This document shows positions 50,553 to 61,892 of a stretch of 64,000 nucleotides of DNA, piece after piece. The stretch's first letter is position 1. Every line of letters starts with the position of its first letter. Source of the stretch: Peribolospora baueri. Its lineage: Eukaryota. Location of the stretch: positions 62,001-126,000 of the forward strand of contig JAMDHS010000047.1 in NCBI GenBank assembly GCA_029717555.1, written 5' to 3'. Both the position numbers and the translations under genes were made by a program. The notes under the pieces are model-generated. The model saw only the letters and a list, made by a program, of their open reading frames with translations, was not told where the DNA came from and did not search any database.

Positions 50553-53500
50553 ATGTCTTTTTCCAAAAACTCGCGCGTATACTATCTCGCCGTCGTCGTC
50601 TACTGTGCCGTGAGTCCCGCCGGCGTCCATGCTTGCGCCTCTGACAAGCCGAGCGAGATCCGCGCTGACCGCCCGCCCGCCCTCGCCCTGGCCTCTATTA
50701 GAACTTCCTTTTTGGTTATGACACTGGCATCGCCGGAGTGAGTCCCGCTTCCATTTCCTCGCCGATGCCCAGCCCACTCGAGACCAGGTCGGGCTTACCG
50801 TCTCCCCTCTTGATCCTTGCAGGGAGTCGTCACCCAGCCGGCCTTCAAGAACGCTTTTGGCCTTCAGGGCAATGCGGCCCGCGTGGTGAGTCTCCAACGT
50901 TCCCTGCACCTCACACCAACAGACCTAGACGCTCAGCGGTACCTACCCCTCCTCGCGTGCGCGCAGAACGACCTCTCGTCCAACGTCGTCGCCGTCCTCC
51001 AGGCCGGCGGCTTCTTCGGTGCTCTCTTCTCCGCCCCGCTCACTCATTACATCGGGCGCAAGTGGTCCATCGAGGTCGCCTCAATCGTCCTCTGCATTGG
51101 CGCCGTGAGCCGCTTTTCATACTCCTCCTTTTCCCCCTCCCCTTTCAGATGGCTGTCCGGGGCCCCGCATCTGACGAACAAGGCCATTCTCGCCTCCTTC
51201 CTTCCTTCCTTCCTGCTCAGATCCTCACAACCGTCGCCTCGCATCAGATCGGTCTCATTTACGCAGGCCGCATCATCTCTGGTCTCGGCATCGGCGCCAT
51301 CTCCGCTCTCGCTCCCACCTACGTTGCCGAATGCGCGCCGAGGGACGTGCGAGGTAGGATCACTGGACTCTTCCAGTTCGTCCTCGCCATCGGCGTCTTG
51401 GTGAGTGCCGTCACCCGCTGCGAGGTCGCCGTGGAGCGATAGGACTCGCGTGCTGAAGCATACGTTTCTGTCCTCCTCTTTCTGCCCAGATCTCTTACTT
51501 CCTTGTCAGTCGAGCTCGGAAGCGCGTCTCGACGGGTCGGACGACGCTTAATGGGACTTGCTTCGACTGACTCACTTGCCCTTTCACTCGACACCTCTCT
51601 TCCGTGCCACAGAACTACGGAGTCAACCTGCACATCACGTCTGGGCCTGCTGTCTGGCGGTGCGTACTCCGCTACGACAAGTATCAACGCTTCCAATCAA
51701 ACATGCTGACCGCCCTTCTCTCCTCCCCTTCGACCGTGAAAAAAAAAAAAAAAAAAAAGAATCGCCTTCGGCTTCCAGCTCGTCCCCGCAGGTCTGGCCG
51801 GCATCGGCGTCCTCTTCTGTAAAGAGTCCCCGCGTTGGCTCGCCTCCAAGGGCCGCACGGCAGAGGCGCTCAAGAACCTAGCTTGGCTTCGAAAGTCTCA
51901 CGTCGATGATGTCGAAGTCCGCGCGGAGCTAGCTGAAATCGAGGCACAGATCGAAGAGGAGAGGTTGGCAAGGAAGAGCCTCGGCCTCAAGGAGCTTTTC
52001 TTCGGAAAGGGAAACTGGCCCCGGTTCCTCATCGGTGAGCTGCTCACCTTCGATGGACGCCGTATCCGCCGATCCGTTTCACGAAAAGTCTTTTCGCTGA
52101 CCGACCGCGGCCTCCCTCTCTCATATCAGCCTTTTTGATTTTCACCCTTCAGCAATGGGTGAGTCTTTTCCTATCCACGTCCTCTCCTACCCTCTCTGCA
52201 TCCTTTCACATCACCAGCAGACTGCTGACTTTGTTCTCTCCGCTCGCCTCGTTGTGACAACGAACAGTCGGGTCAAAACACGGTGAGCCCAAAGACTTCC
52301 TGCTCTGCGCTCTCCAACTGTCCCGCTCACCCGTCACCCTCTGTCCCCCCTTCCCGACGGTCAGGTCGGCTACTACGCGCCCCAAATCTTCCAAGCCATC
52401 GGCTACAACTCCAACTCGGCCTCGCTCCTCGCCTCTGGCTACTACGGCATGGTCAAGGTCATCGCCACCGGACTCTGTCTCGTGCTCGCCGTGGAGCAGG
52501 TCGGTCGACGCAAGATGCTCATCTGGGGAGGTTTTGCCATGGGCGTCCTCTTCTACATCGTCGGTGCCATCCTCAAGGCATACCCGCCCTCCACCGGCAC
52601 GGCTGACACGCCTAGCAAGGCCATGGCGGCCATGATCTATCTCTACTGGTGAGCTCGCCGTCATCAAGCCGCACAGACAAGACACCCAACGATTTCCCTT
52701 TCCAATTCTCCTCCCCCTCGCTCAACAACAACAGCGTCGCGTACAGCTTCTCGTGGGGTCCTCTTGTAAGCTTTTTCACCACGTCCCCTTCCTCCTCCCA
52801 TCCCCGCCGTCGCCGTTCATCTATTCTAACACGCGCTCGTCCGTGCCCTCGCTCCGTCCCGATCTGTGCAGCCGTGGGTGTACGTGGCCGACATCTTCAG
52901 CACTCGCACCCGTCACTACGGTCTCTCCTTCGCAGCCGCCACTCAATGGGTACGTGTCGGCCTCGTTCGATCGTTCGATCTCATCAGGACGTGACGTACC
53001 CGGCTTGATTGGGAGCGAGCACTCATTCAAATTTCCCTTCTTATTATTTCCCATGCCCTCATTTGTCTTGCGCAGGCGTGGAACTACGGTGTTTCCAAGC
53101 TGTCGCTCATCATGAAGGCCAACCTGGGCTGGAAGATGTTCATAACGTGAGTGATCTCCCCCTGGGGTCGCCCGGCCCGGTCCACTTAACGGCGGCCGCT
53201 GACGAACTTTTGTGACCGCTGCTTTGGTTCGCCCAGTTTCGGCACCATCAACATCGGCGGTATGGCCCTCTTTGCCTTCTTCCTTCCCGAGACGGCCGGA
53301 CGCTCGCTCGAGGAGATGGACATCATCTTCGGAGCCGTCAACGAAGAGAAGCGTGTGGCCGACATCCAGGTCGCCAAGAACGGTGAGCCACCGTCGTCCA
53401 TTTCTTCTCCCCTCCCGTCCTCTTTCCCGCTCGCCCCTTCTCCGCCTCCCCGTTCGATCGTTGATAGGACGCTCACCATCGATCGCCCATGTCCTTCCTA

Positions 53501-53621
53501 TGCACCAGCCATCGATCACGACGTCCTCCACCTCGAAGGCGCCGCCGGCGCCGCCGGCGGCACGACCACGCCGTCCCAAGAGGACAACAAGCAGCATCTC
53601 GACGTCGGCAACAAGGCTTGA
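50553..53621 (+). CDS. MFS sugar-porter family transporter (quinate-permease-like); 16 exons
   Basis: FLFGYDTG, SSNVVAVLQAGGFFGAL, IGRKWS, YAGRIISGLGIG, PTYVAECAPRDVRGRI, KESPRWL, QQW|SGQNT|VGYYAPQIF, EQVGRRKML, SFSWGPL|PWVYVADIF, FFLPETAGRSLEEMDIIFG. Substrate is inferred. Confidence 0.92.
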
Positions 53622-54201
53622 AAGTGGGCGGCCGTCGTCGCCCAAGATTCGATCTCGTCCGCTTTTTCCGTCCGCTGGTTTTTCTTTTTCGCATTCGCTT
53701 GTTCGCCCTTTTCCGTGCTCGAGCGCGCCTTCCTTTGGCCCTTTACCCCGCACCTTCCTGCCATATCTCCTCCCCCCCTCACGCCTTTACGCCCCCCTCC
53801 CCCCCCCTTGTCAACGAACCTCATCTTCTTCCCCTTCTCCTTCACGACTTCATCCCGCCCGTCCCTTCGCGACGGCAAGGACGGCTTCGCGCGGCCCGAC
53901 GACGTAACGTAATTCTTCTTCCACTACCTTTTGCTCGCACGGCTTGCCCTCCCAGCGTGCGCCCGAATCTTGTGCTTCTTTAACCCGTCCGCTTAGCTTC
54001 CTTGTTTCTTGGAGGGAAGATGCGAGGAAATCCATTTTGAGCCACTCGGAAGTGGTGAGTGACAAGGTTTTGCGTGTATGTAGCGAGTGCCCGCCGCAGG
54101 CACCGGGACCGTGCTCTTTCTTGTCCATGTACATTTTTCCCTCCCCCGCCGTCCGACTCCTCGAGGCCACGGCCAAAAGCGCGGACCAGCTACTGAAAAC
54201 C

Positions 54202-54743
54202 TCAAGCAAACGTTACCGACTTCTTCTTCTTCTTCTCCCTCTGGCCCTTGTCGGCCTCGGCGGCCACGGCAGTCGCAGACTCGGCCTCGGCTCCGACCGG
54301 CGCGGTCCCGGAGGAGGAAGCGATGGCGACGGCTCTTCCTTCGCGCGCCTTGGATCGCTGTTTTGCCAGCCGCCGCTTCTCTCTAGAGCGCGTTACGAGC
54401 GCCTTTTTCGCGGTGAGCTGCGACGGCGGGAGACGGTTTGGACGACGAAAAGGATAGATGGGGCGCAAGAAAAATAACAAAGGGACGGACAGTTGAAGCC
54501 ATCTGCCGTTCTCCGAAATGTCCCACGTCCCGGGAAGATACAAAGAAGAGAGGCAAAATCGCTCACCAGGCTCTTGTGCCTCTCCTGCTTCCTCTCGTGC
54601 CTCCTCTTGCGACCCTCCTTTGCCAAAGTCTCGGCTTCTCGCGCTCTCGATACTTTGCTTTCCCGCACCTCTTCTTTAGCTTGTGCAATTTCCGAGGCTA
54701 GCTTGAGAAGAGAAGACTGTGTGGCAGGGGCGGAGGACGGCAT
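54202..54743 (-). CDS. Small basic protein resembling 60S ribosome assembly factor Loc1; 2 exons (intron about 54567-54419)
   Basis: SSLLKLASEIAQAKEEVRESKVSRAREAE...RKQERHKSL|LTAKKAL...KKKKKSVTFA-TGA resembles the recalled Loc1 C-terminal half (ESKLEKAR...KKVSFA). Canonical GTGAGC..GCAG intron joins the two ORFs. An additional upstream exon is possible. Confidence 0.55.
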
Positions 54744-55995
54744 AGTAAGGACGGAGAGGTGTGGTTATGGAACGACGAAAGCGAAAAGCAACGCAGACGA
54801 TGATGGACCGACTTCGAGGGAATGGGTCATTGCACAAGCTGCGGCGTGCGACTTTGGCCGACCACGTGCCTCCGCTTCCAGTGTTACGTAACTATGCAGC
54901 CCTGTTTTCGATCAATTACTTGCGACCTGCATCTCTCCCCCACCCCAAATGTCTCGCTCGTTCCCTCCTTCTCTCCCCCTTCCCGCTCCCACGCTCTCTT
55001 CCTCTCATATGTCTCCCCACAGCGTCCACGTTCACCCTGCGACTTGTTGTCTCCGCGTTCTAGCCCTGTAGTATCTCACGCCCGACACTCCAAGAAGTTC
55101 GCACGCCTCATCAAGGGGCAACAAGAACATGTCGACGTTTTCAATCGCTCCCACGGCCTTGGCACCAATCCCATCGTCGCTATCCATCCATCCATCCATC
55201 CATCCTTTCCATGCACCGTACTGGAGGCGCTCCCTTCGTTCGCCGTCGTACGTCGTCGCATGGAAAGGATGGATGGATGGCGGAGGGAGGGGGATGGATG
55301 ATCACACGTTGAGAACGATCCAAACGGATACATCCCTTCTTAGCCGGAGGTTTGAAGGACAATGGCCTCTGACCTCAAAGGGCACTCATGATATGGGGAC
55401 GATTGAACGCAGTTAGCAGAGATGTTCATCAGGCTGGCCATGGGTCGTGTTGCCACACGTCGGTTGCATCTTAGTGCCAAGGGTGAAAACACACATCGGC
55501 GCTGAAGCTGACGCCGCTGATGATCGCTACGACAAGTTCTTCAAGAACCCTGGCGAAGGTCAATGCCTGCTTGACACCGCCTGACGCTGTTAAGTCGCAG
55601 AACGATCTAGGTGAGCTTCTCTTCAAATCAGTTCTCTTCGAACCAGTTTCTTCGATCGGCTCCTTGTTTCTTGTATGGGCAGCAGCTCGCTAGTTTAGTA
55701 TCATCGTGGACATGCCGTCGTCCGCCCATGCTTAACAGACACAGCCGCGGCTAGCTCTTTGGATGAGATGGGACCGTCAACGCGGGATGCACACAAAGAC
55801 CATTCAAGCTGTAGAATAAACATGAAGACCGTTCGCGCTGTAACAGTAAACACGAAGATCGTTCCAAGCTGTACAAATGATAGCACGTAAGAACAGCCTT
55901 TCTCGTGGGAAGTGGATCCCCATCGTGCATTCCAAATCGTTTCGAGGGACAGGACGGCCGCTGTGGCCCACCTTCACCCCCTTTATGGACGGAAG

Positions 55996-56034
55996 GATGA
56001 TGACGATGACGATGACGATGATGATGATGATGAT
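55996..56034. repeat. (GAT/GAC)n microsatellite
   Basis: Visible directly in intergenic DNA. Confidence 0.85.
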
Positions 56035-58037
56035 AATGTTGGCAAGCTCTCCTTCGGCGATCCGCCAGGTCTGCCCTGCGCGATCGTCGCTTAAAACATC
56101 GGTCTCGAGCAGTGAGAAACTCTTTTCTTCACAGGCCGGAAACTCACTCACACATCCGTCGACGACCGGTGTCCCTGGCCGCGAAGAGAGAGAGGGCTAC
56201 TGTATATGGGCTGAGGGACACACGTCGGCTCCAGGGGTGACGAACTTTTGCTTGTAGTCACCGAGCCAGCCGGATTGGATTGGACGCGGCGAGAGAAGGG
56301 CGGCTTCCTTCCGAGCCGGGAACAAAGGTGGGCGACATCGTTCGTTCGTCCTGGGCTGAGGAGGAGACTACCATAGCCTGGATGGAGCCAGATAGATGGT
56401 AGCGGACGGACAGCAAAGAGGAGCCCCAATGGAGGAAGGCAGAAAGGCCGACCGCCGCCGGTGGCCGTCCGGTTAGGTGTTCCTGCCGCTGCGCCGAGGG
56501 CGACGGCGACGGGCGTTGGTGCGGGTGCTCTGGGAAGACCCTTCCTTCGCCCACTACTCGCAAGGCGACCCGCTCGCTTCGATACTGTCCTGTCTCACTT
56601 GGACCACGGCGCTGCCATGGCTGGCGGGCTGGTACTATTGCTCCGTCAAATTCGGACGAGCTCTCGCTCTCCTTGCCCGAGCTGGGCACATCTATCCATC
56701 CTTCCTCGTCACATACTCGTCTCGTCCAGGCCAGGCGCGCGCAGTCGGGCCGGGCCGTCTCTCGCCACAACCGATCTGATTTCGGTCGCGTGCGAGCCGT
56801 GGTGGTTTTTGTTTCAGATGCCGAATCTGTGGCCGAACGAGCGAGCGGAAGGGATTTTCCCTTCCGTGGCGTCCTCAGCCAGAGAGGCCGATGACGACGC
56901 TGAGCGATGGATGGATGGGATAGGATGGGATGGATGGATCGATATGGGTCTATGATACCAATGGATGCGCCGCTCTTCCGGCTGTAACTAAGATGTCGGC
57001 GTCTCTGGCACGTCTCCGTAGGACCGGCGACCGCCCAAGACGGACGGACGGACGAAGAGGCCAGGGCTATTTTCTCTTTCAATTTAGCCCCCTGTCTTCT
57101 TCCAGTCGGCGTTCTCGTCCTCGTCTCAGGTGGTGGGATATCAAGGCGAAAGGGAGGAAGTCCCGATGGACTGACAGGAGATCCGATTCCTTCTTTCTCC
57201 ATCCGTCGATCACCCAGCCGGATCGATAATCAGGAAGCCGGTCGCCCTGCCTCTCGCTTTGTCTCACCCTTCTTCAGAGCAGTCTGGACATCTTCCTTTT
57301 TTTTTGTTCTTGTCTTCAAGCTACGTCGGCAGTTGGCTTCGCCACTGGGGAAACAGGTGGCGCCCGGATGAAGGTGGTCCGGTGCTCGGCGGACCGTCAG
57401 CCACGCCTGGGTCCCGCTCTTCCCCCTCCTCAGCCTGGGCGGGGTGAGCATTGGCGACACAGGCTGAGCTGCAGGCGGTGGTCACATTGCAGTGCAAGAA
57501 CACACGGTCATGTACTCCGCTCGGACTTAGCCTCGGGCTCACATCGAGCTCTCGGGCCACTTCATGCGTCCGAGGCCGGCCCGCCTGTGGCGCTCACATC
57601 CCCCCTCTACTCCCGACCACCGCCTCGCTTGTTCTCTCCCTTTCCCCCTTCCAGTAGCGCAGCTGCACACGCACACGGACTGAACCTGCGTTTGCTTATT
57701 GCTTTCTTCCTCTTCCCCCGTTCCTTTGAAGAACAGCTGGTCCCCGCACCCCCGGCTTCTCGCTACCTTACCGAACATCCGCTCACCCAGGGCCGACGGA
57801 CGTGGCTTACTTGTCTGCCCCGCTTTTGCTTCTCGTCCCCCTCCCCCGGCCACCTTAGCCGCCCTGACCCGGCGCCACCACTATACATACCCGGCCCCTC
57901 TGTCAGGCCCGAGCGCCATCATCTCGCCCCCCCCCTCCCTTACCCCTCATCTGTCCTCCCCCAGCGCTTTACCTGCCCTCGCACCCACCACCTAGCGTCA
58001 CTTGCGTCCTCCGTCAGTCCACCCGCTCGTTAACGCA

Positions 58038-60621
58038 ATGGACGCACACGTGCCGGCGCAGTCCGCTCCCGTCTCTCGGGACGTCTCTCAGGCTTACTTG
58101 CCAGGGCCCTTTCCCCTATCTCATTCCGCCCATGGAACGCCCACTCACTCGCCTGTCAACTCGAGGCCGGGCACGCCCACCGGATCTCGGCCGGGCGAGG
58201 TCGACGGTCAGAAGCACCACAAGGGGCCAGCGTACTCTCTCTCGCACACCAGGTTCGCTCCCCAGGCCAGCGCCGTGGAAGAGACTCGCCATAGGACCCA
58301 CCAGGGCCCGCTCTTCGGCCTCGCCCACGCCCTGCCTTCCAAGGAGCAGCAGGAGAAATACTATCAAGAAAAGACGGCACGGAAGAAGGGGCACACGCCG
58401 ACGTCCACCGCTCCTCCTTCCCGCCGCAATTCGCTCGAGATGTCGCCCACTACTTCGGTCAATGCGAACCAGCCGCAGTTCCTGATGGTCACTACGGAGC
58501 AACTGAAGGAGCTGGTAAGGGAGACGAAGAGGGCGGAGGAGAAGAAGGAGGAGGAAGAAGAGCAGGAGAAACAGGCTGACGAACCTTTGACGGAAACGGC
58601 GGCGGCGGTGGGTGGAAGAGGAGGAGAGAACGCTCAGCCCGAGGCGGGCATTCGCCGCTCGGACGGGACGAGTTACGGGACAGACTCGCTCTACGTCAGC
58701 AGTGACAAGGCCGGAGCTCACCCCAAGGCGGAGCACGAGCCCGCGGAGCATAGAGAGGTGGCCACCATCGACCCCGGCCTGATTGAGAGGAACGGGGAGG
58801 TCGTCGACGAGTTCCCCAACCCTTGGGCCAAGATCCGATATGTGAGTGACGTCCCCCACGTTCGAGATTTCTGTGTGTTTGGACCGAGGAGAGCAGACGG
58901 CATCGACTGGGACTCATTCGATCCCTCTTTCGTTCATCATGTCCGGCACACACACGTCCACCTATAGCACCTTCGCGAGCCGTTCGCAGAGTTCCTCGGC
59001 ACCTGTCTCCTTATCATGTTCGGCAACGGGTCAGTTCCGCCCTACCCCTTCCGTCGTATCAGTCAGTCTTCTCAGTTTCCACCCCAATCTTCTGACATGC
59101 ATCACCGTTCTTTCCGTCGTCACGGCCTTCAGCGTCAACTGCCAGGTCATCCTTTCCGGCGACAGCCAGACGCAGCTGTACGGTGCTGGCGCAAAGGGAC
59201 AGTATCTGAGCATCAGCTTCGGTGAGTGTCGTCGACGTTGCCCCCATCGCGTCTGGGTGCGCTCCTGTTTTCATGTGCTCACAGGGCTTGATATCGTATC
59301 CCCTTTTTTCGGCGGGAAGGGTGGGGCATCGGTGTGGCCATGGGTGTCTGGGTTGCAGGTGGCATTTCCGGAGGCATGATCAACCCTGCTGTGAGTTGGC
59401 CTGACCGGTGAACGTGTGCTGGCATGCCTGTGGGGGCAAACCGGACGCAGATAGCTCACTAAACGTTTTGCTTCGCTTTGCCCCCTTGACGTCCCAGGTT
59501 ACCATCTCTTTGGCGACGTTCCGAGGTTTTCCATGGAAGAAGGTGCCCATCTACATCCTTGCTCAGCTCCTTGGCGCGTTCACGGGTGCCATCCTCACCT
59601 ACGCCAACTACAAAAACGCCATCGACCTTTACGAGTGAGTTTCACATTCATCACCGTCCTTTCCGACCACCGCTCATCGTCTTCGGTCGCCGCTCCCTTC
59701 CTCCAACGACAGAGGCGGTCCGAACATACGCACGATCGAGAAGACGGCCGCGCTGTTCTCCACCTACCCTGCCAAGTTCCTCGAGGCGCCCCACTCACGG
59801 ATATCATGCTTCATCTCCGAGTTTATCGCCACCGCCGTGCTCCTCATCGTCATCTTGGCCATCGGCGATAGCAAGTGAGTTCGAGTGTCTGACGTGAAGC
59901 GCCGGCGGGTCGATTGGCGTGCGCACATCATCTCTGATCCTAATTCTTTTCACCGCCCCCTTCCTCCTGGCGGCCGTCGCTTCTGTAGCAACACCCCGCC
60001 CGTTGAAGGTATGAACCCGCTCGCACTTCTCTGGCTCATCGTCGGCATCGGCGCTTGCATCGGCTGGCAGACCGCGTACGCCGTCAACCCGGCGAGGGAC
60101 ATCGGACCTCGATTCAGTGAGTTGTCTTTACGTCGCCGGCGCCGGCCTTAGGCGATTGACTTGAGCGGCCGCGCTGACCTTGAACGGACGGCATTCCTTT
60201 TCTTCCTCCCTTGCTCTCTCTTTTTTTTTTTTTTTTTTTTGCATTTGTCTTTCAGTGACGTGGCTCGTCGGTTACGGAAGCGACGTGTGGACGTACTTGG
60301 ACTGGTACTGGCTGTGGGTCCCCACGCTTGCGACGATCACGTGAGTCGAAGACGTCCTGCCCGGTTGGTCTCGAACGAACGAACGAACACATTGCTCAGC
60401 GTTCGTCCCGCCTTTTTTCCGAAACCAGCGGCGGCCTGTTCGGAGCTTTCATCTACGACCTCCTCATCTACGAGGGTGGCGAGTCGCCGCTGAACAAAAA
60501 GTGGCGCTTCTCCGACATCCGCTTCGGTCGCGGCTCCAAGGACAAGCTGCCGGCTGGCGTGATGTCCAAGGGCCCGGGCGCCGTCGTGGAGGCGAGCGAC
60601 ATGCCGTTGAAGATCGCATGA
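58038..60621 (+). CDS. Aquaglyceroporin (MIP family) with long hydrophilic N-terminal extension; multi-exon
   Basis: [90 protein letters not shown], second box [14 protein letters not shown] (Asp after NPAR marks glyceroporins), [15 protein letters not shown]. Confidence 0.95.
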
Positions 60622-61892
60622 TGGCTTCCCACCCGACCCACCCACCCACCTACCGTTGTGTTCTTCTTCATACGCCTTGCGTGAAACGCTCCCATCCGGC
60701 GATGGCGATGGCGATGGCGCTCGACTCGACTCGTTTCTCTCTCCTCGAGTCAACGGATTTCGATGGTCAATACGCGCTTCTGTGCGCCCCTGTCTGTTCT
60801 GTTTTCTCTTCTTGCCGTGCTTTGCTCGCCTTGCTTTGCTTTACTTGCCCTGCTCGCTTGGATGTGCCGAGCGTACCTACCTACCTGTATGGAACAGTTG
60901 GCCTGAGTGGCTGGAGACGACGACGACGTGTCTCCATCACCGTACGCGAATCGATCACCACTCCGGTTCGCGATGAGGATCGCCGACTATCTCGTCGCGG
61001 ATGGATAGTCCACGGGGGCGGTACGTATCATGGACGAGATGCGAAAGAAAGGGACGATGGAAAAGGGAAAGCGACAGAAAGGAGGCAGGAGGGAAGGGAA
61101 GGTGAGGAGGAGCGGCGGAACGAAGAAGCCGAACGAGGCCGGAGCGGTGGCCCCATTTGCTCTTGAGGTTCCCCCCCTTCTGCTCGTCCACCTTGAGGTT
61201 CGCTTTCGTTCGATCCCGCTCCTCGTCTAAACGGACCGGGCGTGGTGAGATAAAAAGACCAAAGACCAAAGGCCGAGTCGAATCGCCTGCCCTGCGCTCT
61301 GTCTGTCGGGTGGAGAGAAGAAGAATAGACGGTCGGCGGCGGGCGTGGGCGTCTTCTGCCCGTCTGTCTGGCCAGCGTTCTTCTTATACCAATGTCTCGT
61401 CGTCCTCGTCGGCGTCCACCTCGGCCCTCCGCTCGCCCTTCATTCGTCCTTCCATCCATTCATCCATTCTTCCATTCGTCTCTGTTTCTGCTCTTTTCTT
61501 CTCTTCTCTTCTCTTTACCGCGGGCGCTCCTTTCTTGTGCCTTTTGCAAAAGTGGGCGGTGTCGCTGAGGGGGACGACGGATGGATCGATTGATTGATTT
61601 CCGAGGGACCGGCGGCGCCTTTCTTGGCAGGTCCACGGCTCCATCCATCATCGACCCCCCGTCAATCGACGTGCTGCCTGCCGCCTTCTCCGCCACCGAC
61701 ACGGCGTCCCGGGAACAAGGACAGGACGGACAAGAGAGGAGCGAGCTGGCCGTCCGAGTGCTCGCTCTCACTGCTCTGCTCACCGACTGACTCTGGTTGT
61801 CTCCAAGCCAAGCCACAGACAGCGCAGCGCAGCGGGCACAGCTTCCTTCTTGGCGCCGCTCTGCTCCTTCGACGACGACGACGACGACGACG

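Noticed and set aside
55060..55700. Exon- and intron-like pieces (e.g. AG|GTGAGC near 55610, DDRYDKFFKNPGE) upstream of the Loc1-like gene
   Set aside because: No coherent spliced ORF could be assembled. A lncRNA or pseudogene is possible but unsupported.
56477..56779. YSQGDPLASIL resembles the LINE reverse transcriptase QGDPLSP motif
   Set aside because: No downstream YADD motif or other RT blocks are visible; likely chance.
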